Origin: an archaeon
GTDB lineage: Archaea; Asgardarchaeota; Thorarchaeia; Thorarchaeales; Thorarchaeaceae
Length of the DNA: 32,000 bases
Assembly: GCA_024275415.1 (NCBI GenBank)
Contig: JAJRZD010000058.1
Span: 2,062 to 34,061 of the forward strand
Direction of reading: 5' to 3'
A program made the position numbers and the translations under genes. Under the pieces are notes generated by a model. That model did not search any database. It saw only the letters and a program-made list of their open reading frames with translations, and was not told where the DNA came from. Shown here in pieces: positions 9,323 to 17,832 of this stretch (the first letter of the stretch is position 1; each line of letters starts with the position of its first letter).

Positions 9323-9709
9323 CTAATGAGTAATCATGAACTCGTGAATCCGCATCAAGTATGTCTTGAAGCAGGACTGCTCTCTACAGATGAAGTCTTT
9401 TTCACCCCTTTCCTCCATTATTGACCATAAGTTATCAAAGGTGATAGTTGTTTCACAGACCGGACATTTGTATTGCCCATCAAGGAACTGTTCCAAGATT
9501 CCTTCTTTCTTCAACTTTCTTCTAACTTCTTGAGTGGAGGCAGGTCGCCAACCGGCTCCTGATCTAGTCATTCTTTTCTGAGCTGTTATGGTACCTAATA
9601 ATACCCCCATTCCCACGCCCACTAGGATTTCAATCATTCTCATCACCTCTGGTGATTCTAACACTAAATATTCCCATTGAACTGCGTAAACACTCTCGTT
9701 CCTTTTCAA
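9323..9709 (-). CDS. Small membrane-anchored protein with putative zinc finger
   Basis: Hydrophobic ILVGVGMGVLLGTI followed by CPVC...CREQSC; true start may be an internal Met. Confidence 0.65.
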   Translation of the reverse strand: MKRNESVYAVQWEYLVLESPEVMRMIEILVGVGMGVLLGTITAQKRMTRSGAGWRPASTQEVRRKLKKEGILEQFLDGQYKCPVCETTITFDNLWSIMEERGEKDFICREQSCFKTYLMRIHEFMITH

Positions 9710-9864
9710 AATATAGTTGTTTCGGATGTGTCATCCCCTTATAAAATGGTCTTACATACTGTAGTGTGTCCTGAAAGAATTTATTTTTTTACCGACCCTA
9801 ACTGATGAGTCATCTGTCCTCAGATAGTGTGAAATGCTTGTCAGCAAGTTCATGGCTTGGTTAG

Positions 9865-10134
9865 CGAACACATACTGGAAGAGCAGAAATATTGAATCCA
9901 CGCTTTGAACACAATGGAGTTTCACTTGGTGTCGAAGCCAAGTATTCTGAAGGAAAGATGCGTTTTCCTATCAGAAGTGCATTAGGACAAATACTAGAAT
10001 ACAATCCAATCCATAGCGGATAGAACCTCACTTTAGCAATCGATGACCATTCCCTGTCAAGCGATATTGAAGAAAATGTTGAACAATCATTCGATTTTCC
10101 ACGTGGAGAATCATCACAAGAAACCTTAAGATAG
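9865..10134 (+). pseudogene. Possible PD-(D/E)xK endonuclease remnant
   Basis: Hand translation gives GVSLGVEAKYS...SALGQILEY (ExK plus GQxxxY), bounded and interrupted by TAG at 9862 and 10021. Confidence 0.4.
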
Positions 10135-10203
10135 GGGAAACCTTAATCATGGTCGTGTAGAATCTGTGCACTAATCAGGCGATATATTTCTGGGGGCGGA
10201 GAG

Positions 10204-10647
10204 ATGTCAGAAGGAACACGGAACAACCCGCGAAGAGTATCAGTGAGATGGTTCAAACCAATTCCGTATTCAGATCTGCGCGACTGGAAGGGTGAGTACT
10301 ATGAGGTTCTCTATGTGGTTTACAAGGGGTCGGAAATCCTCTACGTTGGGATGGCATACGACCAATATGTTGACATACGACTTGGAAACCATCACAAGCT
10401 CTCTGAGATAGCGAAAATCGAAAATCAGAGAGGACTTGTTATCTCGTTTGGAGAATTGCGATTGAAACATGGAAGACGACTTAGTAGACGGCTGGTCGAA
10501 GAGATTGAGAACCTGCTCATATTTTACTACGAGCCCAAGTACAACAAACGAGGCATTTATACGTACACGGGACGCGAACTTGTCATCCGTAACAGCGGAC
10601 CCGGAAATCCGTTTGACCAAACTGTTTCAAGCTTACAACTCGACTGA
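10204..10647 (+). CDS. GIY-YIG superfamily nuclease
   Basis: VLYVVY...ILYVGMA, RLGNH, EIENLLI and PKYN correspond to the GIY-YIG, R, E and N motifs. Confidence 0.8.
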   Translation: MSEGTRNNPRRVSVRWFKPIPYSDLRDWKGEYYEVLYVVYKGSEILYVGMAYDQYVDIRLGNHHKLSEIAKIENQRGLVISFGELRLKHGRRLSRRLVEEIENLLIFYYEPKYNKRGIYTYTGRELVIRNSGPGNPFDQTVSSLQLD

Positions 10648-10941
10648 TTCTAATGAAGGATCTACAGGAACGTATACACCATCTTAAAGTTGCTAGCTCC
10701 GCAATTTTGAACTTGTATATGATGTGATTTGGGAACGACTAAGGTCAGCTCATAGTTGGAGGGCTTAGTCGTTCGTTCGGTGTATAGTCGGCACTACTCA
10801 CCTGCATGGAAAGTCTGGCTCAGAAACGTTTTTGGAAATAAATGACAATGGTATTCTTGCGTGGAAAGGGATTTCCGTTCAGAAGTTAGTTAAGGGCATA
10901 TGAATGAATAATTAGATTGACTCGAAGTTTCGGGTGAGGTA

Positions 10942-11506
10942 GTGACAAAACCACATCCATGGCAGTTGACGAACTGGATTGTATTAGTTATTGCAATATT
11001 AGTCATGATAGTTCAAGACATCGCTGGACTAGTTGGATTAACACTTCAAGGAGTGATGTCAATCATTCTAGAATTATTGGTGTCCTCTTCATTGGTGTTT
11101 CACTTCTTGGCAAAGGTCAGCCTCCAAACGTTGACCGGTCGAAAACGCTGGATTCTCATTGACTACAGTAGTAGGTCTGTTCTTTGGGATTAGTATGTTG
11201 CTGTTCCCGAAGTTTATCATTGATATCATCGAGATTTCGTATCTGCATGGGGAAACTGCGAGGGCAAGATGCATAGGAGTGTGGGCACTAGCTGGTGCAG
11301 TGTTTGCGTTCTTTGTGAAAGATAAGAGCCACTCAAGCCTCCGCCAGTCGATATTCATCCTGTACGACATCATCTTTATCCTGATGATCATTGTCGAGCT
11401 GCTCGCATACTTTCTCGGACTGGCAGGAGTCATGATCTGGATCATAATCGTAATCCACTCGCTCTTTGCAATTCTCTACACGTATCTTTTCGTAGAGAAC
11501 CACTAG
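10942..11506 (+). pseudogene. Multi-pass membrane protein split by a frameshift near 11155
   Basis: Two overlapping hydrophobic ORFs (10942-11193 and 11159-11506) in different frames. Confidence 0.5.
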
Positions 11507-11696
11507 ACTCAAACTATGATCTATGGAAACAACGATAGAAGTCGAGTTTCTCAATCGAATTGTATTTGGATGCTCCGTTCTACTCGAATATGAGAATCGG
11601 ATATCAAAAACAGTTTTGGGGTTGCTCTTCCAGCAAGCAGTAACACACGATTTTAATATAAATCGCTGAATCACACGCAACAGGATTGTAGTAGAT

Positions 11697-12413
11697 GTGA
11701 TGCCTCCCACGAGAGATATTATTGATGAGATTCTAAGGGATAATCCTAAGCTTGACGTAAATGCGATTCATGCCCGAACGTGGGATAAAATGAAGGAGTA
11801 CCGAAGCAGATATTTCAAAGAGCAAGTGGATATCTTTATTGATTCGCTAGAGATTTCGGATGAGGCAAAGCGAATCGTCCGAAATGCACTCTTAGAGCCA
11901 GTTGTGATAGACGATGTGGAGTACGAGAGTTTCCTTGTTGGTATCGGAAGAAAGATGAGCCAAAGTATCCAACCAAGAAGTGGAAAATCAGCAGAGTACT
12001 GTGGTGAGATTGAATTACAACGACAGGGGCTAGAGCGAGGCGTACACTTTACTGTAAGAAACAAGCGTTCTGATTTGACGCTTTACCATCCGGATCTCGA
12101 ATCACCCAAAGCAACTCATCGAGTTGAGGTAAAGAATATGAAGATTAGAGAGCGTGGTGTTCGGGGTCTTTCGTTCGATGGAGATTCTCTCTTCGGTTTC
12201 TTTGATGAGCCAGGTGAATTCACAGAAGGAGAATTACAGGTGATAGAAAGGAAGTTGGGGCAAACAGGCGGGTATGTGTATTTGCCAATAGGTACGTTGA
12301 AGAGTATAGAAGCAAAAATAGATAAGGATCTCAATCACATATTGCGCGAGAATACGAGATTTGGCCCTGATATGGCAAAGTTTGTTCAAACTGGAAGCAT
12401 CCCTAGGGACTAG
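11697..12413 (+). CDS. Putative type II restriction endonuclease (PD-(D/E)xK fold)
   Basis: RSGKSAE, RSDLTLY and VEVKNMKIRER motifs; convergent and overlapping with a DNA methyltransferase. Confidence 0.7.
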   Translation: MMPPTRDIIDEILRDNPKLDVNAIHARTWDKMKEYRSRYFKEQVDIFIDSLEISDEAKRIVRNALLEPVVIDDVEYESFLVGIGRKMSQSIQPRSGKSAEYCGEIELQRQGLERGVHFTVRNKRSDLTLYHPDLESPKATHRVEVKNMKIRERGVRGLSFDGDSLFGFFDEPGEFTEGELQVIERKLGQTGGYVYLPIGTLKSIEAKIDKDLNHILRENTRFGPDMAKFVQTGSIPRD

Positions 12414-13293
12414 GGGGTTTCCAAAAGTCAAGGATATACTCGAAAGTCGTTCCTAGCGTGATATAGTTATTGGGCCACCCGAAAATTCCAGCTTTGTTCA
12501 CAAGGTTTCTTCGATCCCATATGATTATATTGCGTAACTCATATCCTACTCGTTCCATGACCTCAACTGTGTAGATGTGAATAGGAATTCGCTTGTTCTC
12601 CCACCACAAGTCAGTGATGTTAATGACACAGTGTGCCTTAGGTCTAAGCAGTGGAAGGATTCCTTTGTAAATTTCGCCCAACGTTTCAGTATACGGATGT
12701 GCTTTCATAGTCCCAAGATCACGAGGGTCATCTGAATATTGTTGAACAGTATCATAGTGTTCGTTTTTCCGGAGGTCACCTCGTATGCTCTTATTCTTCC
12801 TCGGACGATTGAGCATGTTAGAATATGGAGGCGAGGTCACACACAACGAGATTGTTTCTTCTTCGAAATACTTTGGGATATTATGTGAATCATCACATAT
12901 TGCTAATTGTTGAGAATCGCCTTCCAAGCGCGTTTGCCCAAGTCTAGAAAGTGACAGATCAACATAGTCCTGCTTGAGATCGAACCCAACCGCATTCCGA
13001 TCAAGATCCTGAGCTGCGACAAGGGTCGTGCCACTTCCGACGAAGGGATCCAGAACTAACTCTCCTTTGTGAGTGAACAATTGGATACATTTTGTAGGGA
13101 GACCTATTGGAAACACTGCCGGATGGATCTTCTTGTCGCGGATGTCGCGTTTTTCGTAGAAAAACTCCCATATCGCAACTTGACTCTTCATCCATTCCTT
13201 TGCCGTCATGCAATTAATATGATTTGATTTACAATTGCATGTTTGTGTATGCCCGATTTTCAAAGGCTGGGTGATTTTTTGCGAGGACTGCAT
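12403..13293 (-). CDS. N4-cytosine/N6-adenine DNA methyltransferase
   Basis: HPAVFP, DPFVGSGTT (SAM-binding motif I) and TSPPY (catalytic motif IV). Confidence 0.93.
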   Translation of the reverse strand: MQSSQKITQPLKIGHTQTCNCKSNHINCMTAKEWMKSQVAIWEFFYEKRDIRDKKIHPAVFPIGLPTKCIQLFTHKGELVLDPFVGSGTTLVAAQDLDRNAVGFDLKQDYVDLSLSRLGQTRLEGDSQQLAICDDSHNIPKYFEEETISLCVTSPPYSNMLNRPRKNKSIRGDLRKNEHYDTVQQYSDDPRDLGTMKAHPYTETLGEIYKGILPLLRPKAHCVINITDLWWENKRIPIHIYTVEVMERVGYELRNIIIWDRRNLVNKAGIFGWPNNYITLGTTFEYILDFWKPPSP

Positions 13294-13344
13294 TTTACTC
13301 GACCATGAAATCGAATAAAGCTATTAAAGCTCTTCCTAAAAGAT

Positions 13345-13476
13345 GGCTCTGTGTGAAAAGTCAGCTGGAGGGTTCTGTTTGAAATCAGCATGGATGATTG
13401 CGTGTCAAAATTCCAACACCTCACTCCTTACCACCATCGATCTTATGATGTCCGGTCGGACTTTTCACACAACTCC
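13345..13476. mobile_element. 132-bp MITE with IS903-group ends (copy 1)
   Basis: Left end GGCTCTGTGTGAAAAGTC, right end GACTTTTCACACAACTCC; collinear with 19041-19172 (about 20 differences by eye). No TSD on its own flanks. Confidence 0.9.
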
Positions 13477-13496
13477 CACGATTTCATATTCCTTAT

Positions 13497-13985
13497 ATGA
13501 GTCGCTGTGATATTGATAGGACAAAGATGATGTTGCTGGAATTCTTTGATGAAAAGGCATATCGGTTCTTTGATGCACTACATGTGGGTGTTGTCATCCT
13601 CGATTCGAACGATCGAATTGTCCTCTTCAACCAGATGGCAGGAAAAATGCTCGGGCAAGACCCGTCTAGTCGAATCAATAGTTCGATCTTGAGATGCCAT
13701 CCCGAACGTGCCGAACCCGGTGTGAAAAAGATGATAGACCAGTTGAAGTCTGGTGAGTTGAAGGAGTACTCTGGCTGGGTGAACTTTCAACACCGCATCT
13801 ATTGGGAACACATCTATCCGATAAGGAACGAAAAAGGAGATTACCTTGCTACGGTCATGGAGCTTCACGATGGCTCTGCTAAGGCGCGACTGCTCGAACT
13901 TGAAGGAGAATTCGTCAAACCTGAACTGCACGGGGTCGGCGAAAGTTCTCCCCGAAGCCCTGTTCCCGAGTCCGAACTAAGATAG
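13497..13985 (+). CDS. Stand-alone PAS-domain protein
   Basis: FFDALHVGVVILDSNDRIVLFNQMAGKMLG and the C-terminal IYPIRNEKGDYLATVMELHD are the typical PAS start and end. Confidence 0.82.
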   Translation: MSRCDIDRTKMMLLEFFDEKAYRFFDALHVGVVILDSNDRIVLFNQMAGKMLGQDPSSRINSSILRCHPERAEPGVKKMIDQLKSGELKEYSGWVNFQHRIYWEHIYPIRNEKGDYLATVMELHDGSAKARLLELEGEFVKPELHGVGESSPRSPVPESELR

Positions 13986-14341
13986 TCCCTTTGCTCATAT
14001 GGTCGCAGGGTAAAAGCCCGGCTCTATCGTTTCATCACATTTCGGAAATGTTGTATCCATCTGCGATATCCTCCAACTCAGAATCAGAACTGCAAAAAAA
14101 TGGTTCAATCTATTGTCGTTCGTGCAACATGGATCCAATTCCTTACGTTGGTCGTACTAACAGCAGAACTTTGCCACTCTGAGTTTAACATGGATTGGTA
14201 TCTAATCATTCAAACGAAAATACTTGTGTGTGCATTCTAATAAAATTCAGCAAGTCGTCAGGTTCCAAAATCAATGGATTCCAGACATGTGATACCTAAT
14301 TAAATAAGATATATAATGGAACACTATGACTGAATATCGAA

Positions 14342-15046
14342 ATGACTGCAAAGAAACGTATTGTGTATATTGCGACTGTTGGGAGTAGTATTGAACCAGT
14401 TCAAAAGGGAATTCTCTATGCATCGCCTGATATCGCATATCTTCTATTTGGGGCAAGTCCAAAGCTTAAAGAGAGAAATCCAGAGCTTGTCGCACGGAAG
14501 GTTAAGGAGAACATAAAACCATTGGGGCTAACAAAATGTCATCTCCGAGAGATTGATGCTTTCTCCTTAGAGAGTGTTATGACCGAGGTTATCAAAATCT
14601 GGCAGAAACACATGAAGGACAGAATCATCGCCAATATGACAGGGGGAACTAACATTATGGCTTCTGCCTGTCTTCTTGCAGGTTTCACTGCATCCGCAGA
14701 TGTGATCTATGTGAAGGAAGTGCAGGAAGGAGAAGATATTCCACTTCGTGAGCAAGTCATCGTTCTTCCAACTCCGAGAATCCCTCTCACTAGCTTGACT
14801 GACGAACAACAGGAGATACTCCGACTACTCCTGAATGAAACTGAGGCTGGCACAACTCTTCTCGCAAGGGCAAATAGCAGAATTGCAGACCATATGAAAG
14901 TAACGCCTCAGACAATTTCGCACCACCTTAAACGCATGGAACAGAAGGCATTGATACGCCGGGAGAAGGAAGGTAGGCACCTGAATGTAGAACTAACCCC
15001 ATCAGGGCTTCTATTTGCAAGAATGCTTGAAAAAACAAAAGAGTGA
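14342..15046 (+). CDS. CARF + winged-HTH transcriptional regulator (Csa3-like)
   Basis: YIATVGSSIEPV and ANMTGGTNIMA CARF motifs; C-terminal wHTH (IADHMKVTPQTISHHLKRMEQKALI). Confidence 0.8.
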   Translation: MTAKKRIVYIATVGSSIEPVQKGILYASPDIAYLLFGASPKLKERNPELVARKVKENIKPLGLTKCHLREIDAFSLESVMTEVIKIWQKHMKDRIIANMTGGTNIMASACLLAGFTASADVIYVKEVQEGEDIPLREQVIVLPTPRIPLTSLTDEQQEILRLLLNETEAGTTLLARANSRIADHMKVTPQTISHHLKRMEQKALIRREKEGRHLNVELTPSGLLFARMLEKTKE

Positions 15047-15122
15047 AATGATGCATATATTTCGATTGTGTATCGAAATGTAAGAGAAATTATTTTAGTA
15101 TATTGTACCCCTACTTTAAACT

Positions 15123-15314
15123 ATGATTCCCAGAACCAAGTGGATAGATGATACGCCCTCCCAGAACTCGGATCTTTCAGTTAGAAGTGTTAACTGGCAC
15201 GTTTGGCCACACTGCAACTATTCTTGTAAATTCTGCTTTGTATCGACCACCTCGCATACAAATGCCTTGAAATACGGATGTGGAGAAATTGTAGGAAGGC
15301 TGTCAAGATGGTAA
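15123..15314 (+). pseudogene. Viperin-like radical-SAM N-terminal fragment
   Basis: SVNWHVWPHCNYSCKFCF contains the CxxxCxxC cluster motif preceded by the viperin-type SVNxH; stop after 63 aa and no clear GGEP continuation. Confidence 0.6.
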
Positions 15315-15723
15315 CCGAACGCATTCAACTTCGGTCGGGTCAGTCGCATCTCGCGCTATCAATCACTCAGCCTCAGTATTCATCCTTTATGCCTTGTGTC
15401 ATTTCATCTTGAGAGTCAGATCATCTACATCCACAACATCATTGTAGGTGTAATCGTTGGTGACATTTCCGGATGAAAATCACAGTAATATACAGTTAGG
15501 TGAACTTGATCATCTTCACAGACAGTACTCGAGGATCAAATTTATCCAGCTTTGTAGAATAATTCGTATGTTACAAAGAAATACAGCAGGATCCGAACTC
15601 GGTCATGTCACTTTGCAGACAGTTCGAAAGGGAATGACTCACGATTCTAATCAAACAATTGTGGACTAGTAGACTTTTTCTACAGGGTTAATTTAGCCGG
15701 ATGATTAATAAGTTCGATAATAC

Positions 15724-16698
15724 ATGGTATCGCGGGGGTATGAATTGAGAGCGTTTTCGTCTTCGGGCTTCAAACCATTGGAAATTGTAAGTGATGGCGA
15801 CCTTGATGGAATTTTTGCGGTAGGCATTCTGTTAAGGTATTTTGATAGCGTTGGTATTTCGATACCATCTCGATTTCCCGCACCTAGAGAGCTACACAAT
15901 CTCACTGTGGAAGATTCGATTCTTGTCGAGCTCGGTCCAACAAAGGGACTACGGTTCAGAGGACATAATATGTTGATTGACCATCATGAGGGTTTCTCTG
16001 GGATTTACATGTTCAATGGCCCCGATATGGAAAGTCCAATAGCAGAATTCGATGGTATAATGTCGGTGGTAGAAATCGTAGTGGCATATCTGAACAACGA
16101 AATCTTGATCGACTCTAGTATGCAAGAGTTAATCGACATTGTGGGTGAGATTGACAATGGTGTATACAATCATCCAAAGGCTCGTGCTCTGCACCATGCA
16201 TACATGCTAAACGTGACATCGAAAGAGATGAGGCAGAAACTCCCAGAATGGGTACGAACTAATCAAGTGGACGTAATCTGGAAGTGGGTTGAGGTCGAAT
16301 CGAAACGATGGGAACAAGTCCAGACGGTATCAGCAGCATTGATTGATTCTGTATCAGAGGTGTCCTCAGATATCGGATTCATTTTAGTCGATTTAGATGA
16401 TAATATCCAACAGATGGCTGCACGCGAGGCTATGCTTCAACTAGAGGAACAATATAGAATCGTAATAACACTACTAGGAACCCATAACAAAGAATGGATG
16501 ATCTCCCGAGGCGGCATCGGTTCAAAGAGTCATTCCGTTGACTTCACATCATTATATGACCTTCTCAGAGAGAAAGGACTGACCGCGGGTGGACGACCAA
16601 CAATTGGAGGGTTTCAGTTTCTAGAGCCATATCCACTGGCCAATGTTCTCGTTCTGCTACGTAATGTTCTTGCGAGGGTTAGTGATGACAGAAAATAA
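15724..16698 (+). CDS. DHH/DHHA1-family phosphoesterase
   Basis: SDGDLDG (motif I), LIDHH (motif III), EID (motif IV) and C-terminal AGGRPTIGG (DHHA1-like). Confidence 0.8.
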   Translation: MVSRGYELRAFSSSGFKPLEIVSDGDLDGIFAVGILLRYFDSVGISIPSRFPAPRELHNLTVEDSILVELGPTKGLRFRGHNMLIDHHEGFSGIYMFNGPDMESPIAEFDGIMSVVEIVVAYLNNEILIDSSMQELIDIVGEIDNGVYNHPKARALHHAYMLNVTSKEMRQKLPEWVRTNQVDVIWKWVEVESKRWEQVQTVSAALIDSVSEVSSDIGFILVDLDDNIQQMAAREAMLQLEEQYRIVITLLGTHNKEWMISRGGIGSKSHSVDFTSLYDLLREKGLTAGGRPTIGGFQFLEPYPLANVLVLLRNVLARVSDDRK

Positions 16699-17812
16699 CA
16701 AATTAAAAGTGCATAGAGAAAAATCGTTCAAATTAGCGAATCTTGATATTGCAGCATCGATGTACGAGTATATAGAAATCGACGAAGTGGAGTTAGAATG
16801 GGTAGACAAGTTTCTTACTATGAGGGCTTATGAGGACAAGCCGTCCAAGAAAACAAAAGCAGATTTTGATAAACACTGGATCGTAGGGAAACTTCTAATT
16901 AAGATGCCTTACTCGTTGACTTGTAGAAGTTCTGATGATGTGCAGATGAAAAAAAATGAAGATAGTAACTCATTAGATTTAGAAATACGTTTGAGAGATG
17001 TGATTCCGGAGGTTAATCTACTTCTAAACCAAATAATTGCGATTGTCTATGATGGTTCTCGTGACAAAATTCTACGCGAGATTCAAAGCAGTGTGAATAT
17101 AGCTATTGAAGAGATGCTGTCAACAATGAAAACAGGGCAAATAAGTCCCTTTCTGTGCTCACTAAGTCTGTTCAAGTCAAAAATAGATTGGCTAAGAAGG
17201 ACGGATGCAAAGGATTTCAAACCTCAGCACTCGGTATCAAATGATTGCAAGCAGCTTCGTGTTAGTTTAAGTTCACAAGATTCCGTTAGTCAATTGCTGG
17301 GATATTTCGATAACACAGCTAAATACAATTTGTATGTCTTTACTGTTGGAACGTTTGATCCTATTCTGTTAGAAAGATACAGTAAATTCCTGGATGGGTT
17401 AATTTCTGATGGAACAAAGTACATGTTGTTTGTTGGCACTGAGTATTCAGGGAAGGAACTGGATAAGATATCTAACAACATTAGAAACCAAGAAATTAAA
17501 ATAAAAAAAATCACAATCTATTCTTCAAAGGATAAAGCATCACCTAACGGAACTGACCGGATATCTAAGGAAATTGAGGGAATGGACAGAATTGATAAAG
17601 CGGCAGTCATAATCTCTGCATTTCCAAAGAAACTCATAAAACCTTTACTTCAGGACTGCAAGCAATTGCTCAAATGTGGGGTAGGATCGGTGGATATCGT
17701 ATCCACCGCTACAATACCGCTCCCAGCTCCAATTGAAGATGATGATGGTTCTCCAACTAGAAAGCCTCGCATAATAGGATTCATTATGGGGCAAATCGAG
17801 GATTTCGTATAA
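16685..17812 (+). CDS. Uncharacterised protein with putative C-terminal CARF-like domain
   Basis: ATG at 16685 overlaps the DHH stop. C-terminal alternating strand/helix pattern: LYVFTVGTFDP, YMLFVGTEYS, KITIYS, AVIISAFPKKL. The ORF is confident; the domain call is inference. Confidence 0.6.
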   Translation: MTENNKLKVHREKSFKLANLDIAASMYEYIEIDEVELEWVDKFLTMRAYEDKPSKKTKADFDKHWIVGKLLIKMPYSLTCRSSDDVQMKKNEDSNSLDLEIRLRDVIPEVNLLLNQIIAIVYDGSRDKILREIQSSVNIAIEEMLSTMKTGQISPFLCSLSLFKSKIDWLRRTDAKDFKPQHSVSNDCKQLRVSLSSQDSVSQLLGYFDNTAKYNLYVFTVGTFDPILLERYSKFLDGLISDGTKYMLFVGTEYSGKELDKISNNIRNQEIKIKKITIYSSKDKASPNGTDRISKEIEGMDRIDKAAVIISAFPKKLIKPLLQDCKQLLKCGVGSVDIVSTATIPLPAPIEDDDGSPTRKPRIIGFIMGQIEDFV

Positions 17813-17832
17813 GATGAATAGGAGGATAACAA

